64,000 nt of DNA. It comes from an uncultured Candidatus Saccharibacteria bacterium. Lineage in GTDB: Bacteria > Patescibacteriota > Minisyncoccia > Phycocordibacterales > PALSA-1337. The stretch spans positions 4,259-68,258 of the forward strand of contig CAYOER010000002.1 in NCBI GenBank assembly GCA_964403205.1. The letters are read 5' to 3'. Both the position numbers and the translations under genes were made by a program. The notes beneath the pieces are model-generated. The model searched no databases and was not told where the DNA came from. It worked only from the letters and a program-made list of their open reading frames with translations. How positions within the stretch are numbered: the stretch's first letter is position 1; each line of letters begins with the position of its first letter. This document shows, piece after piece, positions 19,323 through 29,679 of this stretch.

Positions 19323-20672
19323 ATGGTAAAGATTGTCCAAAATGGAGATAAAGTACTGCGAAAAAAAGCAGATCTTGTTCCTATTGCTGATATTGGATCA
19401 GATAAAATAAAGCAGATCCTAGATGATATGCAAAGTGCTCTAAAAAGAGAAAAAGATGGTATAGCTATAGCAGCACCACAGATAGGACAAGCTCTGAGAA
19501 TCTTTATAGTCTCTGGAGAAGTATTGCGCACTGCAGATAAGAAATATAAAGGCGATAACTCCAATCTAATTTTCATAAATCCAGAAATAATAAAAATCTC
19601 AAAAGAAAGACAAGAAGTAGAAGAAGGTTGTCTATCTGTAAGATGGAAATATGGAATGATGAAAAGAGCAAGAAAAGTAAGTATAAATGCATATAATGAA
19701 AGAGGAGAGAAGATAGAGCGCGGAGCTAGTGGTATACTCGCTCAGGTTTTCCAACATGAAATAGATCATTTGAATGGTATTCTCTTTATAGATAATGCTT
19801 ATGATATTAAAGATTGCCCACCAGAAAATGAGAATGTTAAAAAAATAAAAATCGGATTCTTTGGTACTCCTGATTATGCAGTGATGACATTGGATAAGCT
19901 ATATGAAGCAAATTATGATATTGCTTTTATAGTAACTGCAACAGATAAGCCGAAGGGTAGGAATCTCATAGTCACTCCACCACCCGCTAAAGTCTGGGGA
20001 TTGGAACATAATGTTCCAGTATTACAACCAGATAAATTAAGAGATCCTAATTTCGAAAAAGAATTAAGAAAGTATAATTGTGATGTCTTTATCGTTATTG
20101 CCTATGGGAAAATAATCCCAGATAATATTATCAATATTCCAAAAGCAAAAACTCTCAATATCCACGCTTCCCTATTGCCGAAATACAGAGGATCATGCCC
20201 TATAGAAAGTGCAATCCTAGCAGATGATAGAGAGACTGGAGTAACAATAATGCGTATAGATAATGAAATGGATCATGGACCTACAATAATACAGAGAAAA
20301 GTGATATTGGAACCATGGCCACCGAAAAAAGATGAACTGGGTAAATCTCTAGTTGAAGTAGGAAATAAATTATTAATTTCTATATTACCTAACTGGATAA
20401 ATGGAAAAATAAAAGAAAAAGAACAGAATCATCTAGAGGCAAGCTATACAGAAAAAATAAAAAAGGAAAATGGACTTATAGATCTAGAAGATGATCCTTA
20501 TAAGAATTATTTGAAAATACAGGCATACGATGGCTGGCCAGGTACATTCTTCTTTAAAGATAAAATTAGAGTAAAGATTACAAAAGCAAATTTCAGAGAA
20601 GGTATGCTCTTCATAGAGAAAGTCATACCCGAAGGTAAAAAGGAAATGCTTTATAAGGATTTCCTGAGATAA
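19323..20672 (+). CDS. Single ORF fusing peptide deformylase (about aa 1-165) to methionyl-tRNA formyltransferase (about aa 175-449)
   Basis: Def motifs GIAIAAPQIG, EGCLSV and QHEIDHLNG, followed in-frame by Fmt motifs IGFFGTPDYA and HASLLPKYRGSCPIE. No stop codon between the domains. Confidence 0.75.
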   Translation: MVKIVQNGDKVLRKKADLVPIADIGSDKIKQILDDMQSALKREKDGIAIAAPQIGQALRIFIVSGEVLRTADKKYKGDNSNLIFINPEIIKISKERQEVEEGCLSVRWKYGMMKRARKVSINAYNERGEKIERGASGILAQVFQHEIDHLNGILFIDNAYDIKDCPPENENVKKIKIGFFGTPDYAVMTLDKLYEANYDIAFIVTATDKPKGRNLIVTPPPAKVWGLEHNVPVLQPDKLRDPNFEKELRKYNCDVFIVIAYGKIIPDNIINIPKAKTLNIHASLLPKYRGSCPIESAILADDRETGVTIMRIDNEMDHGPTIIQRKVILEPWPPKKDELGKSLVEVGNKLLISILPNWINGKIKEKEQNHLEASYTEKIKKENGLIDLEDDPYKNYLKIQAYDGWPGTFFFKDKIRVKITKANFREGMLFIEKVIPEGKKEMLYKDFLR

Positions 20673-20821
20673 TCTTCAGAAGTAACAACTATGTTTTCAC
20701 CGATTATCTGAGCTTTAGCTGTAAGATAATATAGAACTACCCAGAAAGCCATAAGTGATATGAGTGCAATACATAAATATTGATTAACTTTCTGTTTAAA
20801 AAATTCTGGAATATGATCCAT
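20651..20821 (-). CDS. Possible 56-aa single-TM membrane peptide immediately downstream of hpf (below the ORF-track size cutoff)
   Basis: Minus-strand ATG 3 nt after the hpf stop. Translation MDHIPEFFKQKVNQYLCIALISLMAFWVVLYYLTAKAQIIGENIVVTSEDYLRKSL. It overlaps the fmt 3' end by about 20 nt. Confidence 0.2.
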   Translation of the reverse strand: MDHIPEFFKQKVNQYLCIALISLMAFWVVLYYLTAKAQIIGENIVVTSEDYLRKSL

Positions 20822-20824
20822 AAT

Positions 20825-21211
20825 TTATTCTATATTATTTGTTTTATTACCAGGCCAGAGACCTTTTATAATATTTTTTATCCTTGCTCCACCTCTTCTA
20901 ACTAAAGATATTTTCTTTGCCTTCAATGATCTTACCTCACGGAGCATTTCATCTCTCACTACATCTATCGCTCTATATATATCTTTCTCTTCTGCACTAG
21001 CATAATGATTTTTATTCTTTGCTATTATATGTATTTCCGCACGGAAAATATCACCGGTTTTATGATGCTCTGTTGTCTTTGCAAGCTCTATATCACACTG
21101 TGCTGATGGATCATTCTTGAATAACTTTTCTATTGCATCTAATCTCTTTGCTACATAACCATATATAGCACCTGTCAAAACCATATTTGTATTCTTGATA
21201 TTTATATTCAT
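20825..21211 (-). CDS. hpf: Ribosome hibernation promoting factor / RaiA-family protein
   Basis: NINIKNTNMVLTGAIYGYVAKRLDAIEKLF...IELAKTTEHHKTGDIFRAEIHI...ASAEEKDIYRAIDVVRDEMLREVR matches the YfiA/HPF fold pattern. Confidence 0.75.
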   Translation of the reverse strand: MNINIKNTNMVLTGAIYGYVAKRLDAIEKLFKNDPSAQCDIELAKTTEHHKTGDIFRAEIHIIAKNKNHYASAEEKDIYRAIDVVRDEMLREVRSLKAKKISLVRRGGARIKNIIKGLWPGNKTNNIE

Positions 21212-21265
21212 ATTTTATTTCTTATTTTTATGATTTATATTATCTAATACTATAATTATACAGGA

Positions 21266-21490
21266 CTATTCTTCTTTTGTCTCAATACTCAATATTTTGC
21301 TAGGTGAATGATGTCCACTTATTATCTTTATTGATACATTTGGATACATTTTTCTGAATATTTCTAGTATTCTATCATTAGCCTTATTATTCTTGGCCTC
21401 TTCTCGAAGTGATATATCATAATGATCATCTTTTATCTTCTCTATCATTTCCCTTTTGGCTTTTGTCCTTACCTTCACTTTTATATACAT
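21266..21490 (-). CDS. DUF167 (YggU-family) protein. The listed 140-aa ORF is an artefactual read-through into the tRNA
   Basis: MYIKVKVRTKAKREMIEKI...DISLREEAKNNKANDRILEIFRKMY...IKIISGHHSPSKILSIE fits the DUF167 pattern (LKV.V.P.AKRN.I...L.V.L.APP.DGKAN..L..FLA......V.I..G..SR.K.V.I). Confidence 0.5.
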   Translation of the reverse strand: MYIKVKVRTKAKREMIEKIKDDHYDISLREEAKNNKANDRILEIFRKMYPNVSIKIISGHHSPSKILSIETKEE

Positions 21491-21520
21491 ATTTGGTATT
21501 ATAGCAAAGTTCGAGAATAT

Positions 21521-21593
21521 TCCGCGATAGCTCAGTCGGTAGAGCGCCTCGCTGTTAACGAGGATGTCCCAGGTTCGAGCCCTGGTCGCGGAG
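21521..21593 (+). tRNA. tRNA-Asn (anticodon GTT), CCA not encoded
   Basis: Cloverleaf: acceptor TCCGCGA/TCGCGGA, D-arm GCTC-AGTCGGTA-GAGC, anticodon arm CCTCG-CTGTTAA-CGAGG, T-arm CCAGG-TTCGAGC-CCTGG, discriminator G. Confidence 0.85.
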
Positions 21594-23288
21594 CAAGGTA
21601 GGACGCACATACTCAAAAACCTCGTTTCGACTTGATAAATCTTCAATTTTTTCAGGTTCGAACTGAGGTTTTTTGGTCTTTGCATCAATCAGTCCATTTA
21701 TAATTATTGAGTACAATTTTGTGTTGCTAACATTGAGTTTTTTCTCTTTTAAAGTTAGGTTCGAACCGATTTCCCACAAAGCTGATTTCTTCTCCTCAAC
21801 TGTTCCATTCTTGAATATTTCTGATATTCCTACGGCTAGATCGAACGCTCTGTGGCTCTCTTTAAGCCTCTGTGGGTCGATATTGTTCATACTTTGTAGT
21901 TCCTTTCGAATAGTCTCTATTTCACTCCCTATAACCGATTTAGAGCTTATAAATTCACTATCATTGAGTAATCCTCGAGTTTTCATAAACACTAATTCTT
22001 GATACTCTTTTTCTTTCTGAGTAAGTAATTTTTCGACTGATACTTTCTTGTCAGATTCATTATTTTTTTCTGATGTATCCAATTGATATAGGTTTTCTAT
22101 ACACCAATCACTTAGTGATTTTGATATTTTTAAATTATTTTGAAAATACGATGATAGATAACCATCTATATATGATTCTTGTACACAACCCTCTGGACAA
22201 TCTGGATGTGCTCTTTTTGTGCAGTGATAGTAGATATAGTGTAGATATAATGGGTCTTTCATATCACCTATTTTTATTTCACATTTTGGACAATTTGTTT
22301 TATTTGAATATGAGAATTTGTGCTTACAGTTTGAGCAGATGAGCTGATGCTTATGTTCTGCAGTTACCGAACCTCCACATGTTCCACATTTAGTCTTTCC
22401 AGTATAGGCAAAAGTCATTATGTTTTTATATGGTCTTGGTCTACCACGAACACCAAGTATTTTTTGATTATCCCAGTATAATTCCTCGGATATTATTCTT
22501 GGAACACTATCATTGAGTTTATGTCGTTCACCATCCTTTGTAATAAAAAAGCCAGCATATATAGGATTTTTTAAAATAGTATCGGTTACATATGATAATA
22601 CTAATTTCTTACCACCCTGTTTTTTATGTTGTGGCGTTCTAAGTCCCATCTTTTCATTTGCTTCTCTCATAAGTCCACGAATAGAGTATTTTCCTGTATG
22701 AAATAACTCATGCATTTGGCGAACTAAATTAAATCTTTCTTTATCGATTATCCATCCTCTACTTCCAGGTTCTGCTGACATATCATTAAGATACCCTATA
22801 GGAGCAACACCACTTGGATATCCTCTCTCAACCCTTTCTCGCATACCCCTTTTTGTATCTGTACTCAAATCTCTTATGTATTGATTTGCCATACCAAGTT
22901 CTACTGCCATAACTATCACATTATCTTCAGGATAATAACTTCTACCAAATGTATGAATATGTTTAATTAATCTTTGTTGTAACATCCAACTTACAGTTCC
23001 TCCATCTACAGGATTACGAGCAAGTCTGTTTAGTTTCCAAACAAGAAGTCCCTCGGCTTCACCTTTGTTTATTCTTTCAACCATCTCTGTAAATATCGGT
23101 CTGCCAGGTGCCTTTGCGGATTGTGATTCTTCAAAAATCTTAATAACCTCAAGTCCATTTTCTTTTGCGAAATCACCTAATTCTCTTTTTTGTGCATCAA
23201 TTGACTGTACTTGCCTATCCTCAGTATCGCTCGAGCGACGGCAATACATAAAATACTTTATTTTTTCTTGTTTTGATTCCTTATACAT
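21555..23288 (-). CDS. Large serine recombinase (integrase) of the integrated element; its 3' end overlaps tRNA-Asn by 39 nt
   Basis: N-terminal resolvase catalytic domain (YCRRSSDTEDRQVQSIDAQ, nucleophilic Ser), recombinase domain, zinc-ribbon (CGTCGGS...CSNCKHK...CPKCE) and a coiled-coil tail. Confidence 0.85.
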   Translation of the reverse strand: MYKESKQEKIKYFMYCRRSSDTEDRQVQSIDAQKRELGDFAKENGLEVIKIFEESQSAKAPGRPIFTEMVERINKGEAEGLLVWKLNRLARNPVDGGTVSWMLQQRLIKHIHTFGRSYYPEDNVIVMAVELGMANQYIRDLSTDTKRGMRERVERGYPSGVAPIGYLNDMSAEPGSRGWIIDKERFNLVRQMHELFHTGKYSIRGLMREANEKMGLRTPQHKKQGGKKLVLSYVTDTILKNPIYAGFFITKDGERHKLNDSVPRIISEELYWDNQKILGVRGRPRPYKNIMTFAYTGKTKCGTCGGSVTAEHKHQLICSNCKHKFSYSNKTNCPKCEIKIGDMKDPLYLHYIYYHCTKRAHPDCPEGCVQESYIDGYLSSYFQNNLKISKSLSDWCIENLYQLDTSEKNNESDKKVSVEKLLTQKEKEYQELVFMKTRGLLNDSEFISSKSVIGSEIETIRKELQSMNNIDPQRLKESHRAFDLAVGISEIFKNGTVEEKKSALWEIGSNLTLKEKKLNVSNTKLYSIIINGLIDAKTKKPQFEPEKIEDLSSRNEVFEYVRPTLLRDQGSNLGHPR

Positions 23289-23376
23289 ATAATAATATTA
23301 TTTGCTTATAATCCTTAAACAACACAGTACCGCTAGGTTCTAACAAGTCCACCCCTAGTTGTCCCCAGCTAGAAAA

Positions 23377-24927
23377 TCAAAAATCACCCTCTAAAGTTTT
23401 CTTTAAATCAGTAAGGTAACTTTCAACGATTCCACCCATTTGTGGTTCTATTTTTTCCACATCAACCATTAAATCATTTAGAAAAGTCTCTATAGAAAAT
23501 GTGATGTCATGCTCTTTATAAATTATTGGTTCTATTTTATCCACCATACGATAAAAGTCGTTATTTAATAATTTAATGATTTGCTTGAGAGCATTTGTCT
23601 TTTCACTTATTTTATAAGTTAAATCAATTTCATATGTCTTAGATAATCTTTTAAAGATTTCTTCATATCCTAGTAAGATGGCGTATTCTTTTAATAATCT
23701 ATGTTGATTAATGTATATAGACACATTACTTATTAACTTAAAATCATCAACTTGTTTTTTATAGTCCACGACAAATTTCTTATCATTTTCTAAATAATAT
23801 AAACTTTCACCTGTTATTATTTTTCTTGTTTCCTTAAATTTAAATATATCTCTTGTTTTATTCTCAACTTTTAGCTTTCCCAAATCAATCAATTCCTGAA
23901 TCATTATTATTGCTTCTGCTTTAGCATTAAGCCATTTTATAAAGATTTCATCATGTGGCAATTTTGTATCAGCACCATTACAAGTTTCTTTATTTTTACT
24001 ATTATATAAGGGTATATAATCCTCAGTAAAAAGACCATCATCAAGCCATGTAAGTATAGTATTTTTTAATAATTCACATATATCAATTACATTTTCCTCT
24101 GCATACTTCTTAATTTTTTCTATTAGAATTTCATTTGAATCATTTGTTTCATTTCCTATGTATATTTTATTATTGTCTGCCCACTTTTTAACTACTTCTA
24201 ATATTGGCAAATCAGCATAATATTGATAAAGATTCCACTCTTCACTTGCTAATCCATTCTCCTTGAATACAGTATGATATTTATTACGAAGTGACTCGAT
24301 TATTAAATTAGTAATCTTTTCCTTATCTTCTATATCTAACTTTTTCTTATTATTAAATATAGACGCAATAGATTCTTCTTGATCAAGATATTGTCTTTCA
24401 GTTTCTGCATCTGGATACAATGTTAAAATATCCTTTTTAATGTCGTCGCTTAAACTTTCAAACGCATATCTATAGATAACCTGCTCAAATTCAAGACCAC
24501 TATTTTGAAGGAGGATATTTAATGCATTATTATCATCTATTTTAAGACCAAGACCATGAAGACGTTTAAAATATTCACTATTTTTTTTGTAATTTGACCA
24601 TTCAATAAAATCTACAAGTCTACTTATTTGCGTATATGAGATAACGGCATGTAAATATATTGTCTGTGCATCAAGTATCGCAAATCCAGCTAATCTCCAT
24701 CCGTCATTAAAACGATTATATTCTCTTGCTTCACTATTTTCCTTTGGTCTCCAACCATCACTTATTGCATGTCTATCTGCCTTAGTTAAGATTCCCTTGC
24801 CAGTTTTATCCTCTTCTATATAACTATGTACTAATAGTAATACTCTATCCTTAGGGGTTAAGTTTCCATTTTGTAATGATGTTATAAGTTTTTTCATGCT
24901 ATCTTTTCTTTTTAAGAAACTGCTCAA
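23377..24927 (-). CDS. Hypothetical protein (516 aa), element cargo, no recognisable motifs
   Basis: Long uninterrupted ORF only. Confidence 0.3.
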   Translation of the reverse strand: MSSFLKRKDSMKKLITSLQNGNLTPKDRVLLLVHSYIEEDKTGKGILTKADRHAISDGWRPKENSEAREYNRFNDGWRLAGFAILDAQTIYLHAVISYTQISRLVDFIEWSNYKKNSEYFKRLHGLGLKIDDNNALNILLQNSGLEFEQVIYRYAFESLSDDIKKDILTLYPDAETERQYLDQEESIASIFNNKKKLDIEDKEKITNLIIESLRNKYHTVFKENGLASEEWNLYQYYADLPILEVVKKWADNNKIYIGNETNDSNEILIEKIKKYAEENVIDICELLKNTILTWLDDGLFTEDYIPLYNSKNKETCNGADTKLPHDEIFIKWLNAKAEAIIMIQELIDLGKLKVENKTRDIFKFKETRKIITGESLYYLENDKKFVVDYKKQVDDFKLISNVSIYINQHRLLKEYAILLGYEEIFKRLSKTYEIDLTYKISEKTNALKQIIKLLNNDFYRMVDKIEPIIYKEHDITFSIETFLNDLMVDVEKIEPQMGGIVESYLTDLKKTLEGDF

Positions 24928-25111
24928 TAAATTCGACCCTATTATTTAAATCTACAACCTCAATAACTTTTGCTAATGCTATCGCAATACGAGATACCGT
25001 CAGTGCATGTCGTAGAGTAATTTTCCTTTCTACTACATCTCTCATAGTTTGAGATAGAAGTTCAGCGGTTTCTTCTATACTTATATGTTTATTTTTTTCT
25101 TGATTTTCCAT
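24899..25111 (-). CDS. Small hypothetical protein (70 aa)
   Basis: ORF only, translationally coupled. Confidence 0.2.
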   Translation of the reverse strand: MENQEKNKHISIEETAELLSQTMRDVVERKITLRHALTVSRIAIALAKVIEVVDLNNRVEFIEQFLKKKR

Positions 25112-25119
25112 ATTTTTAA

Positions 25120-25509
25120 TTACATACCTTCAACAATCTCATACCAAGCTTTCACTTCTGATGCCTTGCCATCCTTTATTATTGTCTTATAAAGTGCCAT
25201 GAGTACATTTGGAGTAAGTTTGCGTGACCAAGTATTTAATCTATGTATTAATCCATCTTTTTCCAATTTCCTATTCCAATCTGTAAGAGTTGCTAAGTCC
25301 TTTATATCAAATCTTTTAGCAAACTCTGTCTGCGTTTTAATTCCAAGTAGACTTATGGCAAGTTCATCATCTATTCCAAACTTCTCTAGTACTTGTCTTG
25401 GTTGACCACGAAGAACTGAGGGGATAGCTTTCCACATAGCATAGGATTCAAAATCTTGTGTTTTATAGACCCCTTGATTTTTGGCATTTTTTGGCATTTC
25501 AACAATCAT
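25120..25509 (-). CDS. Hypothetical protein (129 aa)
   Basis: ORF in an operonic array with the methyltransferase genes. Confidence 0.25.
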   Translation of the reverse strand: MIVEMPKNAKNQGVYKTQDFESYAMWKAIPSVLRGQPRQVLEKFGIDDELAISLLGIKTQTEFAKRFDIKDLATLTDWNRKLEKDGLIHRLNTWSRKLTPNVLMALYKTIIKDGKASEVKAWYEIVEGM

Positions 25510-26261
25510 ATTTTTTCAGCTTTTTTACCTATGAGTTTTTCTAATCTAATGATTGAAGTTGAGATATATGATGGTTCAAGATCAATCCCTATACATCTTC
25601 GACCTAGATGCTCTGATGCAATACATGTACTACCAGAACCTATAAAAGGATCGTATATGTATTCTCCAATCTTGGTTGAGTTTGGTATTAGCTTTCTTAA
25701 TAATCCTATTGGCTTTTGGGTAGGATGCAGTTTGGATTTTACTGGTTTAGGATGAAATATTACACTCTTTGCTTTACTCCTTTCCATTTTATGTCTGCCA
25801 TACCATCCATACGCTATAAGCTCGAACATTGGTAAATAATCCTTTCTACCTAATACAACATGATTTTTCAGCCAGATAATCATTTGACTATAGTAATAAC
25901 CTGCATCTTTCATTCCTACTCGTAATGCTGGGTACATCATGTCTCCATTAAATATATAGCAAGCATTGTATGATTCTAGATGAGGTATCGCTACTTCTAA
26001 CCATGTCTTAGTAAATAGAGAATATTCATTATCACTTTGAAGCTGGTCTCCAATAATCACCTTATCCGTATCAATACCAAGCTTATTGAAATTTCTTTTA
26101 CCCTCAACATATGCAACCCCATAGGGAGGATCTGAGATAATTGCTCTAATTCTTTTATCACCTATAACTTTACTCACAAACTCTTGATTGAGTGAATCCC
26201 CACATGCGATCACGTGTTCACCCAATCTGTATATATCTCCTTGTTGAATATTCATTTTCAT
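25506..26261 (-). CDS. Beta-class N6-adenine/N4-cytosine DNA methyltransferase (orphan)
   Basis: Motif IV IISDPPYGV precedes motif I DPFIGSGSTCIA. Confidence 0.7.
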   Translation of the reverse strand: MKMNIQQGDIYRLGEHVIACGDSLNQEFVSKVIGDKRIRAIISDPPYGVAYVEGKRNFNKLGIDTDKVIIGDQLQSDNEYSLFTKTWLEVAIPHLESYNACYIFNGDMMYPALRVGMKDAGYYYSQMIIWLKNHVVLGRKDYLPMFELIAYGWYGRHKMERSKAKSVIFHPKPVKSKLHPTQKPIGLLRKLIPNSTKIGEYIYDPFIGSGSTCIASEHLGRRCIGIDLEPSYISTSIIRLEKLIGKKAEKI

Positions 26262-27562
26262 AATAGTTTTGCTTTTTTATTTGTAAATTTTTCCCAACGG
26301 TCCAAGCATACAGTTGCGAAAATTAAATCCTGTTCTACTCCTCTCCATTTTCTATTAAGTTGTTCACAGGCTATCAGGTCACTTCCACCTCCAGCAAACC
26401 CACTAAATACAATCTGTCCGGGGGCACTGCATCTCTTCAAGGGCTTTTCGTTTAAGGTAACTGGCTTTTGTGTCGGATGATTATAGTCTTGAGCATTATC
26501 TCTTTTTTCTAGCCATATATTTATTATGTCTATTATTTCCTCATGTACTTGATTGCCACTACCTATTTCCTTATTTAATAATTCATTTGAATTCGTAATA
26601 TTTTTATTCAATAATGGCTTACCAATAGTTCCATATACGCATGGTTCGTATGCTTTATTGAATGCCACCTGTGGAGTCATATTGAAATTATTCTTTATCC
26701 ATAAACATACTCTTTTACTATCGATTTCATTTTGACGGAACAGTGTCTGTATAAGCCAGATGTATCGTTCATCACACCAGTAGAATACATGTGCATTAGG
26801 TTTTGCGATTGATAATGTTGCTTTAATACTCAAATCTATAAATAGAGCATAAACACCATCCTTTTTTGAATCTTTCTTTCCAGTATATGAACCTTCATAT
26901 TTTCCAGATGTACTTATACCTTTTGAATAATCAAGACCAATATTATATGGAGGATCACAATAGATAAGATCTGCAAGATCAGACCCCATAAGTCTCTGTA
27001 CCTGTTCTGATACGGTAGAGTCTCCTACTAAAAGTTTATGGTCTCCCATTTGCCATATTTCCCCAGGCTTCACTCTAGCTACTTTAGTCTCCTTTACGGC
27101 CCTTTCAATATCAAAATCATCATCTATAACATCCACATCATCGAACAGAGCTTGTAAATCCTCGTCGCCAAAGCCGACCTCGAGAAGTAAGTCCATGTCT
27201 AATTCTTTCAACATTTCTTCATTCCAGCTTCCAGTATTTTTATTTAATCGTAAATTTAATGTTTTTTCTTCTTTTTCATTCAATTCTCGACTTGGTATCA
27301 TTACATTGATTTCCTCAATTCCTAAGTCTGCATATATTTTCACACGCTGATGTCCACCAATCAGAATATTCTCTCGTGTTCCTGTATTCAGAACAACAGG
27401 TACCACAGTGCCGAACTCCTTTATTGAATCCTCGAGGTCTCGTCTCTCATTTTCAGTCATTTTTCGAGGGTTATATTCTGCTCCAAGTAAGTCTCTAACC
27501 TTACGCTTGGCATTTGTCCATATTAGTGCTTCTTTTATTGTATTTGTATTGTTTTTTGTCAT
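26258..27562 (-). CDS. ParB-like nuclease domain fused to a beta-class DNA methyltransferase
   Basis: N-terminal ParB/Srx-like segment (VVPVVLNTGTRENILIGGHQRVKI). LIYCDPPYNIGLDY (motif IV) and FSGFAGGGSDLIACEQL (motif I). Confidence 0.7.
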   Translation of the reverse strand: MTKNNTNTIKEALIWTNAKRKVRDLLGAEYNPRKMTENERRDLEDSIKEFGTVVPVVLNTGTRENILIGGHQRVKIYADLGIEEINVMIPSRELNEKEEKTLNLRLNKNTGSWNEEMLKELDMDLLLEVGFGDEDLQALFDDVDVIDDDFDIERAVKETKVARVKPGEIWQMGDHKLLVGDSTVSEQVQRLMGSDLADLIYCDPPYNIGLDYSKGISTSGKYEGSYTGKKDSKKDGVYALFIDLSIKATLSIAKPNAHVFYWCDERYIWLIQTLFRQNEIDSKRVCLWIKNNFNMTPQVAFNKAYEPCVYGTIGKPLLNKNITNSNELLNKEIGSGNQVHEEIIDIINIWLEKRDNAQDYNHPTQKPVTLNEKPLKRCSAPGQIVFSGFAGGGSDLIACEQLNRKWRGVEQDLIFATVCLDRWEKFTNKKAKLL

Positions 27563-27650
27563 TTTTTGTATCTTCCTGCTTTCTATACTATATATAGGTT
27601 AGAAAACAGGAAGTTCATTAAGGCTTGTAAATAGTTAACCAATTTGACTA

Positions 27651-29678
27651 TCATCCAGACGAATCATTAATTGACTCTGAAATAGAATCGAACCATTCAT
27701 TTTGAGCTAGTGACATATGTCCTGTATCTTCCTGCTTCTCCATATCTATAGAGAGTTGGGAAACAGGATGCTCAGTATCATTTGCACTAGGTATTCGATA
27801 GTATGCTTTTCTTCTATTTTCCTTTGATATTTCTTCTTTAGGAACTCTCACAATAGCTCCAGACTCTTCGGCAATCTTTATTCCATCATCTATGGCTGTT
27901 TTACCAAATTCATCTTTTAGAATTTCATGTAGTTCAATTCTGTTCTTCATACCTTCTGAAAGAATTGTGGTAATAGCTTCTGATACCTCTTCTGCTTTCT
28001 TTTTCTTATCATCATAATCACCCACATATTCAATTCCTGATGGACATAGTTTGCCTTTATCATTAGTATTATTCTTTAAAATTTTAATTTCAAAAGGCTT
28101 AAGCTCCTCATCTTGGCGTAATTTACTTTGTTTAATAATAAGCTGGTCTGGTTCATCCTTCTTTTTCTCAATAGATATATGGCAATCTACCGCTGCCAAA
28201 ATATCAGAAGACCCTCTCATCATTTGTCCTAAATTACTAGGGGCAAATCCTTGTTGTTTCCTATGATGATGTGTAAATAGAATCGATGCCCCTGCACCAA
28301 GTATCTTCTGTAAACTACTAAATACCTTCGCCATACCTTTTGCATCATTTTCTTCTTGATTGTGAACCCTAACTAATGAATCAAGTATGAGAAGCTTAAT
28401 ATTTTTTTCTTTTACAATTCCGAGTATATAATCACGAACAGATTCAATATCAACCTTGATACCATTTTGAGATAGATAGTAAATATTATCTGTATCTTTT
28501 GCTCCAAACAATTCCAGTCGTCTTTTTAATAGTCTTATATGATCCTCCTCATCAATGATCAATACTGCTCCTTGTGTTACATTAAACTTTCCAAATACAG
28601 GAATATTTCTAGATACACATATAGCTGTGTGAATTGTTACCCAAGTCTTACCATCTCCCGGACTACCAGATATTACTGTCATACCTTCCTTAGGAATTAA
28701 GGATTCAACAACCCACTCAGCATTACCAAAATCATGTGCTAAAATTTCCCCAATGTTCCAAAGATGATGTTTAATTTCAGAAACTTTCTGTCTCCCAGCT
28801 ATTTCTCGTTTTAGTATTCCTTCTATAGTATCATCCAACTCTGTTTTTCTCTGTTGGAATGGTTCTGGTGATTTGACAACACATCTATCCCATCCATATA
28901 CTGCCAAGCGAGCTAATTCAACTTCCTCTGGTGTGGTGGCATTTTTTAGAGCTAAACCAGCTACTTGTGCTATAGCCATATGTCTCATTCCATCACCAAC
29001 TTTTACTCCATTTTTTAAGATATCCGATACAGGAATTTTTTCTTCATCAATCTCATTATCAGAATCTTTAGGAACTGCTATATCTAACTCATCAAGTGTA
29101 CATCTTGCTTCTGGTTTATATGATATTGTTTTTATCTCAAAAGGGTTTTGTGGGTCCTTTAAATGAAAAGTATATGGTAGTCTAAGCACACGAGAAGGAT
29201 CAATAGGGTTCTTATCACCCTTGAAAAACTTAACTACTCGTTTTTGAACATCTCTCCATCTTGCAACATTTTCTACTGTTGGTTCGAGTTTCTCTGGATA
29301 TAGCCAGATGAAATGAGCACCTTTTTGAGTGCGATTGATAATTGTTGGTGCTGGTACACCTGCGTCTATACCACTCATAAGAGTTTCTTGAATCTCTCTG
29401 CTTTTTTCTTCCTGTGATAATTCTATAGCTACATCAAAATCAGTATAGTTACCATTCAATGATAATAATTGAGCCTGTGTAGCTGAACCACAGGATGGAA
29501 ATCCATTAACTGTAAAGAAAACACCATATCCTCTTTCATTCCATGATAAATCAAGTTCATTAGTGCCTTGTATAACTGTTTTATTTACATCATGAATATA
29601 ACGGAACCTTGTATCTGGGAATAGAGAGATAAATTCTTTTTGGCTAAGAGAATCTTTTATATTTATTTTAGTTTCCAT
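27651..29678 (-). CDS. Replication protein: N-terminal primase-like domain plus C-terminal RepA/AAA_25-type P-loop ATPase
   Basis: Walker A VISGSPGDGKTWV. Walker B LIIDEEDH. Downstream ILFTHHHRKQ and RGSSDILAAVDCHISIEK are typical of AAA_25/RepA helicase-loader proteins. The N-terminal primase assignment is weaker. Confidence 0.5.
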   Translation of the reverse strand: METKINIKDSLSQKEFISLFPDTRFRYIHDVNKTVIQGTNELDLSWNERGYGVFFTVNGFPSCGSATQAQLLSLNGNYTDFDVAIELSQEEKSREIQETLMSGIDAGVPAPTIINRTQKGAHFIWLYPEKLEPTVENVARWRDVQKRVVKFFKGDKNPIDPSRVLRLPYTFHLKDPQNPFEIKTISYKPEARCTLDELDIAVPKDSDNEIDEEKIPVSDILKNGVKVGDGMRHMAIAQVAGLALKNATTPEEVELARLAVYGWDRCVVKSPEPFQQRKTELDDTIEGILKREIAGRQKVSEIKHHLWNIGEILAHDFGNAEWVVESLIPKEGMTVISGSPGDGKTWVTIHTAICVSRNIPVFGKFNVTQGAVLIIDEEDHIRLLKRRLELFGAKDTDNIYYLSQNGIKVDIESVRDYILGIVKEKNIKLLILDSLVRVHNQEENDAKGMAKVFSSLQKILGAGASILFTHHHRKQQGFAPSNLGQMMRGSSDILAAVDCHISIEKKKDEPDQLIIKQSKLRQDEELKPFEIKILKNNTNDKGKLCPSGIEYVGDYDDKKKKAEEVSEAITTILSEGMKNRIELHEILKDEFGKTAIDDGIKIAEESGAIVRVPKEEISKENRRKAYYRIPSANDTEHPVSQLSIDMEKQEDTGHMSLAQNEWFDSISESINDSSG

Positions 29679-29679
29679 A

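Noticed and set aside
21266-21688. 140-aa ORF listed across the tRNA-Asn gene
   Set aside because: Its N-terminal 60 codons are the reverse-complement of the tRNA and recombinase 3' region. Only the C-terminal 74 codons (DUF167) are a plausible gene.
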